Origin: the human T2T-CHM13v2.0 reference genome, Homo sapiens
Assembly: GCF_009914755.1 (NCBI RefSeq)
Contig: NC_060948.1
Length of the DNA stretch: 64,000 nt
Direction: 5' to 3' (one strand)
Below are positions 1 through 12,400 of this stretch, in pieces. The notes under the pieces were generated by a model that saw only the letters and a list, made by a program, of their open reading frames with translations, was not told where the DNA came from and made no database searches. Positions within the stretch are counted from its first letter, which is position 1. Each line of letters begins with the position of its first letter. A program made the translations under genes and the position numbers.

Positions 1-1639
1 ATCGAATGGATTGGAAAGGAATAGAATGGAATGGAATGGAATTGACTCAAATGGAATGGACTAGAATGGAATGGATTCGAATGGAAGGCAAAGGAATGGA
101 ATCTATTGGAATGGACTGTAATGGAATGGAATGGAAGGGATTGGAATGGACTCGAATGGAATGGACTGCAATAGAAAGGATTCGAATGGAATGAAAAAGA
201 ATTGAATGGAATAGAACAGAATGGAATCAAATCGAATGAAATGGAATGGAATAGAAAGGAATGGAATGAAATGGAATGGAAAGGATTCGAATGGAATGCA
301 ATCGAATGGAATGGAATCGAACGGAATGGAATAAAATGGAAGAAAACTGGCAAGAAATGGAATCGAAATGAATGGAGTGTTATGGAACGGACTCAAAAGG
401 AATTGAATGTAATAGAATGGAGTGGAGTGGACTCGAATATAATGGACTGGAATGGAATGAAATCACATGGAATGGGAACGAATGGAATGGAATGGAAAGG
501 AATGGAATCGAATGGAAAGGAATCGAATGGAAGGGAATGAAATTGAATCAACAGGAATGGAAGGGAATAGAATAGACGGTAATGGAATGGACTCGAATAG
601 AATGGACACGAATGCTCAAATTAAATGGACTCGAATGGAATGGAAACGAAAGGAATGTCATCGAATGGAATTGAATCGATTGGAATGAAATCGCATAGAA
701 TGGAGTGGAATCAAATGGAATTGAATCGAAAGGAAAGGAAGCGAATGGACTGAAATGAAATGGAATGGAATTGAATGGAAAGTAATGCAATGGAATAGAA
801 TGGAACGAAATTTCACGGAATGGAATCAAACTGAATGGAATCAAATCAATGGAATCAAATCAAATGGAATGGAAAGGAATTGAATGGAGTAGATGGGATT
901 GGATGGGATTGGAATGAAATGTACTGGAAAGGACTCGAATTTCATGAAACGGAATGGAATGAATTGGAAAGGAATGGACTCGAATGGAATGGAATGTCAT
1001 GGGATGGCATCAAATGGAATGGCATCAAATGGAATGGAATCGAATGCAATGGAATGCTATGGAATGGAATGGAATGCATTGGAATGTAATGTCCTCTAAT
1101 GGAATGGATTCGAGTGGAATGGAATTGAATATAATGGAGTCGAATGAAATGGAATTGAAAGGAATGGGATCGAATACAATGGAATATACTGGAATGTAAC
1201 GTAATGAACTCGAATGTAATTGACTGGAATGGAATGTACATGAATGGAATGTAATCGAATGGAAAGTAATCCAATGGAATAGAATCTAATGCAATAAAAT
1301 CGAATCAGATAGAGTAGAATGTAATGGAATGGAGTGCAGTGCAATGGAATGGAACGGAATGGAATGCAATGGAATGGAATGGAATGGAATGGAATGGAGT
1401 GGAATGGAATGGGATGGAATGGTATGGAATGTATAGTAATGGACTGGAGTGAAATGGACTGGAAAGGAATGGACTCAAATTGAAAGGGCTCGAAAGGAAT
1501 GGACTCAAATGGAATGGTCTGGAATGGAATGAACACGAATGTAATGCAACCCAATAGAATGGAATCGAATGGCATGGAATATAAAGAAATGGAATCGAAG
1601 AGAATGGAAACAAATGGAATGGAATTGAATGGAATGGAA

Positions 1640-1793
1640 TTGAATGGAATGGGAACGAATGGAGTGAAATTGTATGCAGTAGAAGAGAATAGAATGGAAT
1701 GCAAGCGAAAGGAAAGGAATGGATTGGAATGGAATGGAATTCATTGGAATGGAAGGGAATGTAGTGTAATGGACAGGCCTGGAATAAAGTGGA
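1640..1793. other. DYZ1 sexing-PCR target (Y1.1/Y1.2-type amplicon, 154 bp), repeated in each unit
   Basis: TTGAATGGAATGGGAACGAATGG lies at 1640-1662 and GGACAGGCCTGGAATAAAGTGGA (reverse complement of TCCACTTTATTCCAGGCCTGTCC) at 1771-1793. The primer sequences are recalled from the classical Y-repeat PCR assay, not looked up. Confidence 0.8.
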
Positions 1794-2150
1794 ATGCTAC
1801 GGTCTCGAATGGAATAAAAATGTATGGAATGGAATGCAATGAAACGGAATCGAATGTCATAGAATGTAATGGAATGCAAAAAAATGGAATCCAAAATCAT
1901 TGACTGGAAAGGCTGGGTGTCGAAAGGAATTGACTCCAATGGAATGGAATCGAATGGAATGGAAGTGAATAGAATCGAACTAAATCGAATGGAATGGAAT
2001 TGATAGGAACGGAATGGAAAGGAATGCAATGATTTGGCATGGAATGGAATCGAATGGCATCGAATGGAATGGAATGGAATGCAATGGAATGGAATGTATT
2101 AGAATGTAATGAACTTTAATGGAATGTACTCGAATGGATTCGACTGGAAT

Positions 2151-2165
2151 GGAATGTTCTGGAAG
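2151..2165. promoter_or_regulatory. Perfect 3-unit heat-shock element HSE-1 (gGAAt gTTCt gGAAg), 375 bp after each HaeIII site
   Basis: GGAATGTTCTGGAAG matches nGAAnnTTCnnGAAn. It recurs in each unit (e.g. 5715), and the variant near 51017 (GGAATGTTCCGGAAG) still matches. This is a motif match only; binding is not shown. Confidence 0.55.
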
Positions 2166-2430
2166 TGAACGGACTCCAATGGAATGGATTCAAAAGGAAT
2201 GGAATCGTACGGAATGGAATCTAATGGAATGGAATTAAATGGAAATGAATCAAATTGAATAGCACGGAATTGAATTGAATGGAATGGAATGCAATGGAAT
2301 CTAATGAAACGGAAAGGAAAGGAATGGAATGGAATGGAATGGGCTGGAATGGAAAGGAATCGAAACGAATGGAATGGAATCGAACTGAAGAGACTGGAAT
2401 GGAATGCACTGGAATGGAAGGGAGTGTAAT

Positions 2431-2445
2431 GGAAGGTTCTCGAAA
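2431..2445. promoter_or_regulatory. Perfect 3-unit heat-shock element HSE-2 (gGAAg gTTCt cGAAa), 655 bp after each HaeIII site
   Basis: GGAAGGTTCTCGAAA matches the consensus. It is broken in one unit (GGAAGGCTCTCG at ~16583) and retained as GTTCCCGAA at ~51302. Motif match only. Confidence 0.55.
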
Positions 2446-3456
2446 AAAATGGAATCGAATGGAATGGAATTGAATGGAACGGAATAGAGTCGAATGGAAT
2501 TGAATGGAATGGAATGGACTAGAGTGAAATGGAATCGAACCACAAGGAATGGACAGGAATAGAATGGTCTCGAATTGAATGGAATCGTATGGAATGGCAT
2601 CAAACGGAATGGAATGGACAGCCACGGAATGGAATGCACTCGAATGCAATGGAGTCGAAACTAACGGACTGGAATAGAATGGACTCGACTGGTAGGGACT
2701 CCAATGGAATGGAATCGAATGGAAGGGAATCGAACGGAAGGGAATCGAACGGAATGGACTCGAAGGGAAAAGACTGCAATGGAAAGGTCTCGAATGGAAT
2801 GGAAATTAATGGAATGGAATGGAATCGAATGAAATGGAGTCAAAAGGAATGGAATCGAATGGCAAGAAATCGAATGTAATGGAATCGCAAGGAATTGATG
2901 TGAACGGAACGGAATGGAATGGAATCCAAAGGAATGGAATAGAATGGAATGGAATCGAATGGAAAGGACTCGAATGGAAATCACTCGAATAGAATGCAAT
3001 TTAATAAAATAGGATCAAATGTAATGGAATGGAATGGAAAGGAATCGAAACGAAAGGAATGGAGACAGATGGAATGGAATGGAACAGAGAGCAATGGTAT
3101 AGAATGGAATGGAATCATCTGGAATGGAATTGAATGGAATGGAATAACATGAAATGGAATGGAATGCCCTTGAATTAAATGGACTGGAATGGAATGGACT
3201 CGAACAGAGTGGAATGGAAAGTGTTGAAATAGAATGGAATGGACTCCTTTGGAATGGTCTAGTATGCAATGCAATCGACTGGCAGGGAATCAAAAGGAAT
3301 GTAATCGAATGGATTGGACTGGAATGCAATGGACTCGAATAGATTGGAAACGGAATGCAAAGGAATGGAATGGAATAGTATGGAATGGAATGGAAAGGAA
3401 TGGAGTGGAATAGACTAGAGTGGAATGGAATGGACTCAAAAGCAATGGACTGGAAT

Positions 3457-3471
3457 GGAACTTTCTTGAAT
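3457..3471. promoter_or_regulatory. Perfect 3-unit heat-shock element HSE-3 (gGAAc tTTCt tGAAt or gGAAc aTTCt tGAAt)
   Basis: GGAACTTTCTTGAAT, with the alternative allele GGAACATTCTTGAAT at 7001-7015. The third unit is degraded to tGGAt at ~31173, ~38237, ~48790 and ~52313. The element is absent from the three short units. Motif match only. Confidence 0.5.
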
Positions 3472-6400
3472 GGACTGGAATCAAACGGAATGGAATGCAA
3501 TGCAATCAAATGGCATGGAATAAAATAGAATGAAAGAGAATCAAACGGAATTGAATCGAATGGAATCGAATGGATTGGAAAGGAATAGAATGGAATGGAA
3601 TGGAATTGACTCAAATGGAATGGACTAGAATGGAATGGATTCGAATGGAAGGCAAAGGAATGGAATCTATTGGAATGGACTGTAATGGAATGGAATGGAA
3701 GGGATTGGAATGGACTCGAATGGAATGGACTGCAATAGAAAGGATTCGAATGGAATGTAAAAGAATTGAATGGAATAGAACAGAATGGAATCAAATCGAA
3801 TGAAATGGAATGGAATAGAAAGGAATGGAATGAAATGGAATGGAAAGGATTCGAATGGAATGCAATCGAATGGAATGGAATCGAACGGAATGTAATAAAA
3901 TGGAAGAAAACTGGCAAGAAATGGAATCGAAATGAATGGAGTGTTATGGAACGGACTCAAAAGGAATTGAATGTAATAGAATGGAGTGGAGTGGACTCGA
4001 ATATAATGGACTGGAATGGAATGAAATCACATGGAATGGGAACGAATGGAATGGAATGGAAAGGAATGGAATCAAATGGAAAGGAATCGAATGGAAGGGA
4101 ATGAAATTGAATCAACAGGAATGGAAGGGAGTAGAATAGACGGTAATGGAATGGACTCGAATAGAATGCACACGAATGCTCAAATTGAATGGACTCGAAT
4201 GGAATGGAAACGAAAGGAATGTCATCGAATGGAATTGAATCGATTGGAATGAAATCGCATAGAATGGAGTGGAATCAAATGGAATTGAATCGAAAGGAAA
4301 GGAAGCGAATGGACTGAAATGAAATGGAATGGAATTGAATGGAAAGTAATGCAATGGAATAGAATGGAACGAAATTTCACGGAATGGAATCAAACTGAAT
4401 GGAATCAAATCAATGGAATCTAATCAAATGGAATGGAAAGGAATTGAATGGAGTAGATTGGATTGGATGGGATTGGAATGAAACTTACTGGAAAGGACTC
4501 GAATTTCATGAAACGGAATGGAATGAATTGGAACGGAATGGACTCGAATGGAATGGAATGTCATGGAATGGCATCAAACGGAATGCCATCAAATGGGATG
4601 GAATCGAATGCAATGGAATGCTATGGAATGGAATGGAATGCATTGGAATGGAATGTCCTCTAACGGAATGGATTCGGGTGGAATGGAATCGAATATAATG
4701 GAGTCGAATGAAATGGAATTGAAAGGAATGGGATCGAATACAATGGAATATACTGGAATGTAACGTAATGAACTCGAATGTAATTGACTGGAATGGAATG
4801 TACATGAATGGAATGTAATCGAATGGAAAGTAGTCCAATGGAATAGAATCTAATGCAATAAAATCGACTCAGATAGAGTAGAATGTAATGGAATGGAGTG
4901 CAGTGCAATGGAATGGAATGGAATGGAATGCAATGGAATGGAATGCAATGGAATGGAATGGAATGGAATGGAATGGGATGGAATGGTATGGAATGGATAG
5001 TAATGGACTGGAGTGAAATGGACTGGAAAGGAATGGACTCAAATTGAAAGGTCTCGAAAGGAATGGAGTCAAATGGAATGGTCTGGAATGGAATGAACAC
5101 GAATGTAATGCAATCCAATAGAATGGAATCGAATGGCATGGAATATAAAGAAATGGAATCGAAGAGAATGGAAACAAATGGAATGAAATTGAATGGAATG
5201 GAATTGAATGGAATGTGAACGAATGGAGTGAAATTGTATGCAGTAGAAGAGAATAGAATGGAATGCAAGCGAAAGGAAAGGAATGGATTGGAATGGAATG
5301 GAATTCATTGGAATGGAAGGGAATGTAGTGTAATGGACAGGCCTGGAATAAAGTGGAATGCTACGGTCTCGAATGGAATAAAAATGTATGGAATGGAATG
5401 CAATGAAACGGAATCGAATGTCATAGAATGTAATGGAATGCAAAAAAATGGAATCCAAAATCATTGAATGGAAAGGCTGGGTGTCGAAAGGAATTGACTC
5501 CAATGGAATGGAATCGAATGGAATGGAAGTGAATAGAATCGAACTAAATCGAATGGAATGGAATTGATAGGAACGGAATGGAAAGGAATGCAATGATTTG
5601 GCATGGAATGGAATCGAATGGCATCGAATGGAATGGAATGCAATGCAATGGAATGGAATGTATTAGAATATAATGAACTTTAATGGAATGTACTCGAATG
5701 GATTCGACTGGAATGGAATGTTCTGGAAGTGAATGGACTCCAATGGAATGGATTCAAAAGGAATGGAATCGTACGGAATGGAATCTAATGGAATGGAATT
5801 AAATGAAAATGAATCAAATTGAATAGCACGGAATTGAATTGAATGGAATCGAATGAAATGGAATCTAATGAAACGGAAAGGAAAGGCATGGAATGGAATG
5901 GAATGGGCTGGAATGGAAAGGAATCGAAACGAATGGATTGGAATCGAACTGAAGAGACTGGAATGGAATGCACTGGAATGGAAGGGAGTGTAATGGAAGG
6001 TTCTCGAAAAAAATGGAATCGAATGGAATGGAATTGAATGGAACGGAATAGAGTCGAATGGAATTGAATGGAATGGAATGGACTAGAGTGAAATGGAATC
6101 GAACCACAAGGAATGGACAGGAATAGAATGGTCTCGAATTGAATGGAATCGTATGGAATGGCATCAAACGGAATGGAATGGACAGCCACGGAATGGAATG
6201 CACTCGAATGCAATGGAGTCGAAACTAATGGACTGGAATAGAATGGACTCGACTGGTACGGACTCCAATGGAATGGAATCGAATGGAAGGGAATCGAACG
6301 GAATGGACTCGAAGGGAAAAGACTGCAATGGAAAGGTCTCGAATGGAATGGAAATTAATGGAATGGAATGGAATCGAATGAAATGGAGTCAAAAGGAATG

Positions 6401-9400
6401 GAATCGAATGGCAAGAAATCGAATGTAATGGAATCGCCAGGAATTGATGTGAACGGAACGGAATGGAATGGAATCCAAAGGAATAGAATAGAATGGAATG
6501 GAATCGAATGGAAAGGACTCGAATGGAAATCACTCGAATAGAATGCAATTTAATAAAATAGGATCAAATGTAATGGAATGGAATGGAAAGGAATCGAAAC
6601 GAAAGGAATGGAGACAGATGGAATGGAATGGAACAGAGAGCAATGGTATAGAATGGAATGGAATCATCTGGAATGGAATTGAATGGAATGGAATAATATG
6701 AAATGGAATGGAATGGAATGCCCTTGAATTAAATGGACTGGACTCGAACAGAGTGGAATGGAAAGTGTTGAGATAGAATGGAATGGACTCCTTTGGAATG
6801 GTCTAGTATGCAATGCAATCGACTGGCAGGGAATCAAAAGGAATGTAATCGAATGGATTGGACTGGAATGCAATGGACTCGAATAGATTGGAAACGGAAT
6901 GCAAAGGAATGGAATGGAATAGTATGGAATGGAATGGAAAGGAATGGAGTGGAATAGACCAGAGTGGAATGGAATGGACTGGAAAGCAATGGACTGGAAT
7001 GGAACATTCTTGAATGGAGTGGAATCAAACGGAATGGAATGCAATGCAATCAAATGGCATGGAATAAAATAGAATGAAAGAGAATCAAATGGAATTGAAT
7101 CGAATGGAATCGAATGGATTGGAAAGGAATAGAATGGAATGGAATGGAATTGACTCAAATGGAATGGACTAGAATGGAATGGATTCGAATGGAAGGCAAA
7201 GGAATGGAATCTATTGGAATGGACTGTAATGGAATGGAATGGAAAGGATTGGAATGGACTCGAATGGAATGGACTGCAATAGAAAGGATTCGAATGGAAT
7301 GAAAAAGAATTGAATGGAATAGAACAGAATGGAATCAAATCGAATGAAATGGAATGGAATAGAAAGGAATGGAATGAAATGGAATGGAAAGGATTCGAAT
7401 GGAATGTAATCGAATGGAATGGAATCGAACGGAATGGAATAAAATGGAAGAAAACTGGCAAGAAATGGAATCGAAATGAATGGAGTGTTATGGAACGGAG
7501 TCAAAAGGAATTGAATGTAATAGAATGGAGTGGAGTGGACTCGAATATAATGGACTGGAATGGAATGAAATCACATGGAATGGGAACGAATGGAATGGAA
7601 TGGAAAGGAATGGAATCGAATGGAAAGGAATCGAATGGAAGGGAATGAAACTGAATCAACAGGAATGGAAGGGAATAGAATAGACGGTAATGGAATGGAC
7701 TCGAATAGAATGGACACGAATGCTCAAATTGAATGGACTCGAATGGAATGGAAACGAAAGGAATGTCATCGAATGGAATTGAATCGATTGGAATGAAATC
7801 GCATAGAATGGAGTGGAATCAAATGGAATTGAATCGAAAGGAAAGGAAGCGAATGGACTGAAATGAAATGGAATGGAATTGAATGGAAAGTAATGCAATG
7901 GAATAGAATGGAACGAAATTTCACGGAATGGAATCAAACTGAATGGAATCAAATCAATGGAATCAAATCAAATGGAATGGAAAGGAATTGAATGGAGTAG
8001 ATGGGATTGGATGGGATTGGAATGAAATGTACTGGAAAGGACTCGAATTTCATGAAACGGAATGGAATGAATTGGAACGGAATGGACTCGAATGGAATGG
8101 AATGTTATCAAATGGAATGGCATCAAATGGAATGGAATCGAATGCAATGGAATGCTATGGAATGGAATGGAATGCATTGGAATGGAATGTCCTCTAATGG
8201 AATGGATTCGAGTGGAATGGAATCGAATATAATGGAGTCGAATGAAATGGAATTGAAAGGAATGGGATCGAATACAATGGAATATACTGGAATGTAACGT
8301 AATGAACTCGAATGTAATTGACTGGAATGGAATGTACATGAATGGAATGTAATCGAATGGAAAGTAATCCAATGGAATAGAATCTAATGCAATAAAATCG
8401 ACTCAGATAGAGTAGAATGTAATGGAATGGAGTGCAGTGCAATGAAATGGAATGGAATGGAATGCAATGGAATGGAATGGGATGGAATGGTATGGAATGG
8501 ATAGTAAAGGACTGGAGTGAAATGGACTGGAAAGGAATGGACTCAAATTGAAAGGGCTCGAAAGGAATGGAGAAAAATGGAATGGTCTGGAATGGAATGA
8601 ACACGAATGTAATGCAATCCAATAGAATGGAGTCGAATGGCATGGAATATAAAGAAATGGAATCGAAGAGAATGGAAACAAATGGAATGGAATTGAATGG
8701 AATGGAATTGAATGGAATGGGAACGAATGGAGTGAAATTGTATGCAGTAGAAGAGAATAGAATGGAATGCAAGCAAAAGGAAAGGAATGGATTGGAATGG
8801 AATGGAATTCATTGGAATGGAAGGGAATGTAGTGTAATGGACAGGCCTGGAATAAAGTGGAATGCTACGGTCTCGAATGGAATAAAAATGTATGGAATGG
8901 AATGCAATGAAACGGAATCGAATGTCATAGAATGTAATGGAATGCAAAAAAATGGAATCCAAAATCATTGAATGGAAAGGCTGGGTGTCGAAAGGAATTG
9001 ACTCCAATGGAATGGAATCGAATGGAATGGAAGTGAATAGAATCGAACTAAATCGAATGGAATGGAATTGATAGGAACGGAATGGAAAGGATTGCAATGA
9101 TTTGGCATGGAATGGAATCGAATGGCATCGAATGGAATGGAATGGAATGCAATGGAATGGAATGTATTAGAATGTAATGAACTTTAATGGAATGTACTCG
9201 AATGGATTCGACTGGAATGGAATGTTCTGGAAGTGAATGGACTCCAATGGAATGGATTCAAAAGGAATGGAATCGTACGGAATGGAATCTAATGGAATGG
9301 AATTAAATGGAAATGAATCAAATTGAATAGCACGGAATTGAATTGAATGGAATGGAATGCAATGGAATCTAATGAAACGGAAAGGAAAGGAATGGAATGG

Positions 9401-12400
9401 AATGGAATGGGCTGGAATGGAAAGGAATCGAAACGAATGGAATGGAATCGAACTGAAGAGACTGGAATGGAATGCACTGGAATGGAAGGGAGTGTAATGG
9501 AAGGTTCTCGAAAAAAAATGGAATCGAATGGAATGCAATTGAATGGAACGGAATAGAGTCGAATGGAATTGAATGGAATGGAATGGACTAGAGTGAAATG
9601 GAATCGAACCACAAGGAATGGACAGGAATAGAATGGTCTCGAATTGAATGGAATCGTATGGAATGGCATCAAACGGAATGGAATGGACAGCCACGGAATG
9701 GAATGCACTCGAATGCAATGGAGGCGAAACTAACGGACTGGAATAGAATGGACTCGACTGGTACGGACTCCAATGGAATGGAATCGAATGGAAGGGAATC
9801 GAACGGAAGGGAATCGAACGGAATGGACTCGAAGGGAAAAGACTGCAATGGAAAGGTCTCGAATGGAATGGAAATTAATGGAATGGAATGGAGTCGAATG
9901 AAATGGAGTCAAAAGGAATGGAATCGAATGGCAAGAAATCGAATGTAATGGAATCGCAAGGAATTGATGTGAACGGAACGGAATGGAATGGAATCCAAAG
10001 GAATGGAATAGAATGGAATGGAATCGAATGGAAAGGACTCGAATGGAAATCACTCGAATAGAATGCAATTTAATAAAATAGGATCAAATGTAATGGAATG
10101 GAATGGAAAGGAATCGAAACGAAAGGAATGGAGACAGATGGAATGGAATGGAACAGAGAGCAATGGTATAGAATGGAATGGAATCATCTGGAATGGAATT
10201 GAATGGAATGGAATAATATGAAATGGAATGGAATGGAATGCCCTTGAATTAAATGGACTGGACTCGAACAGAGTGGAATGGAAAGTGTTGAGATAGAATG
10301 GAATGGACTCCTTTGGAATGGTCTAGTATGCAATGCAATCGACTGGCAGGGAATCAAAAGGAATGTAATCGAATGGATTGGACTGGAATGCAATGGACTC
10401 GAATAGATTGGAAACGGAATGCAAAGGAATGGAATGGAATAGTATGGAATGGAATGGAAAGGAATGGAGTGGAATAGACCAGAGTGGAATGGAATGGACT
10501 GGAAAGCAATGGACTGGAATGGAACATTCTTGAATGGAGTGGAATCAAACGGAATGGAATGCAATGCAATCAAATGGCATGGAATAAAATAGAATGAAAG
10601 AGAATCAAATGGAATTGAATCGAATGGAATCGAATGGATTGGAAAGGAATAGAATGGAATGGAATGGAATTGACTCAAATGGAATGGACTAGAATGGAAT
10701 GGATTCGAATGGAAGGCAAAGGAATGGAATCTATTGGAATGGACTGTAATGGAATGGAATGGAAAGGATTGGAATGGACTCGAATGGAATGGACTGCAAT
10801 AGAAAGGATTCGAATGGAATGAAAAAGAATTGAATGGAATAGAACAGAATGGAATCAAATCGAATGAAATGGAATGGAATAGAAAGGAATGGAATGAAAT
10901 GGAATGGAAAGGATTCGAATGGAATGTAATCGAATGGAATGGAATCGAACGGAATGGAATAAAATGGAAGAAAACTGGCAAGAAATGGAATCGAAATGAA
11001 TGGAGTGTTATGGAACGGAGTCAAAAGGAATTGAATGTAATAGAATGGAGTGGAGTGGACTCGAATATAATGGACTGGAATGGAATGAAATCACATGGAA
11101 TGGGAACGAATGGAATGGAATGGAAAGGAATGGAATCGAATGGAAAGGAATCGAATGGAAGGGAATGAAACTGAATCAACAGGAATGGAAGGGAATAGAA
11201 TAGACGGTAATGGAATGGACTCGAATAGAATGGACACGAATGCTCAAATTGAATGGACTCGAATGGAATGGAAACGAAAGGAATGTCATCGAATGGAATT
11301 GAATCGATTGGAATGAAATCGCATAGAATGGAGTGGAATCAAATGAAATTGAATCGAAAGGAAAGGAAGCGAATGGACTGAAATGAAATGGAATGGAATT
11401 GAATGGAAAGTAATGCAATGGAATAGAATGGAACGAAATTTCACGGAATGGAATCAAACTGAATGGAATCAAATCAATGGAATCAAATCAAATGGAATGG
11501 AAAGGAATTGAATGGAGTAGATGGGATTGGATGGGATTGGAATGAAATGTACTGGAAAGGACTCGAATTTCATGAAACGGAATGGAATGAATTGGAACGG
11601 AATGGACTCGAATGGAATGGAATGTTATCAAATGGAATGGCATCAAATGGAATGGAATCGAATGCAATGGAATGCTATGGAATGGAATGGAATGCATTGG
11701 AATGGAATGTCCTCTAATGGAATGGATTCGAGTGGAATGGAATCGAATATAATGGAGTCGAATGAAATGGAATTGAAAGGAATGGGATCGAATACAATGG
11801 AATATACTGGAATGTAACGTAATGAACTCGAATGTAATTGACTGGAATGGAATGTACATGAATGGAATGTAATCGAATGGAAAGTAATCCAATGGAATAG
11901 AATCTAATGCAATAAAATCGACTCAGATAGAGTAGAATGTAATGGAATGGAGTGCAGTGCAATGAAATGGAATGGAATGGAATGCAATGGAATGGAATGG
12001 GATGGAATGGTATGGAATGGATAGTAAAGGACTGGAGTGAAATGGACTGGAAAGGAATGGACTCAAATTGAAAGGGCTCGAAAGGAATGGAGACAAATGG
12101 AATGGTCTGGAATGGAATGAACACGAATGTAATGCAATCCAATAGAATGGAGTCGAATGGCATGGAATATAAAGAAATGGAATCGAAGAGAATGGAAACA
12201 AATGGAATGGAATTGAATGGAATGGAATTGAATGGAATGGGAACGAATGGAGTGAAATTGTATGCAGTAGAAGAGAATAGAATGGAATGCAAGCGAAAGG
12301 AAAGGAATGGATTGGAATGGAATGGAATTCATTGGAATGGAAGGGAATGTAGTGTAATGGACAGGCCTGGAATAAAGTGGAATGCTACGGTCTCGAATGG

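Larger units (their letters stand above)
1776..5339 (-). repeat. DYZ1: Canonical-length 3564 bp DYZ1 unit (HaeIII to HaeIII)
   Basis: GGCC at 1776 and 5340. The length is 713x5-1, with four pentamer phase slips per unit (+1 near 346, -2 near 615, -1 near 848, +1 near 3350). This matches the classical description of DYZ1 as 713 pentamers with five nucleotides inserted or deleted at four positions. Confidence 0.95.

Noticed and set aside
806-820. Possible fourth HSE cGAAa tTTCa cGGAa
   Set aside because: Only two units match, the third is GGA, and the site is out of pentamer phase.
836-862. DUX4-like sites GAATCAAATCA / GAATCTAATCA
   Set aside because: They mismatch the TAA start of the DUX4 consensus, and near-matches are expected by chance in this pentamer background.
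891-912. G-rich patch AGATGGGATTGGATGGGATTGG as a G-quadruplex
   Set aside because: It has only two GGG runs and is better explained as a 10 bp local duplication of variant pentamers.
330-3525. Multiple AATAAA hexamers per unit (330, 1293, 1783, 1813, 3003, 3519)
   Set aside because: They arise easily from AATGGA by G>A changes, and no transcript evidence is available. DYZ1 transcripts have been reported but cannot be located from sequence alone.
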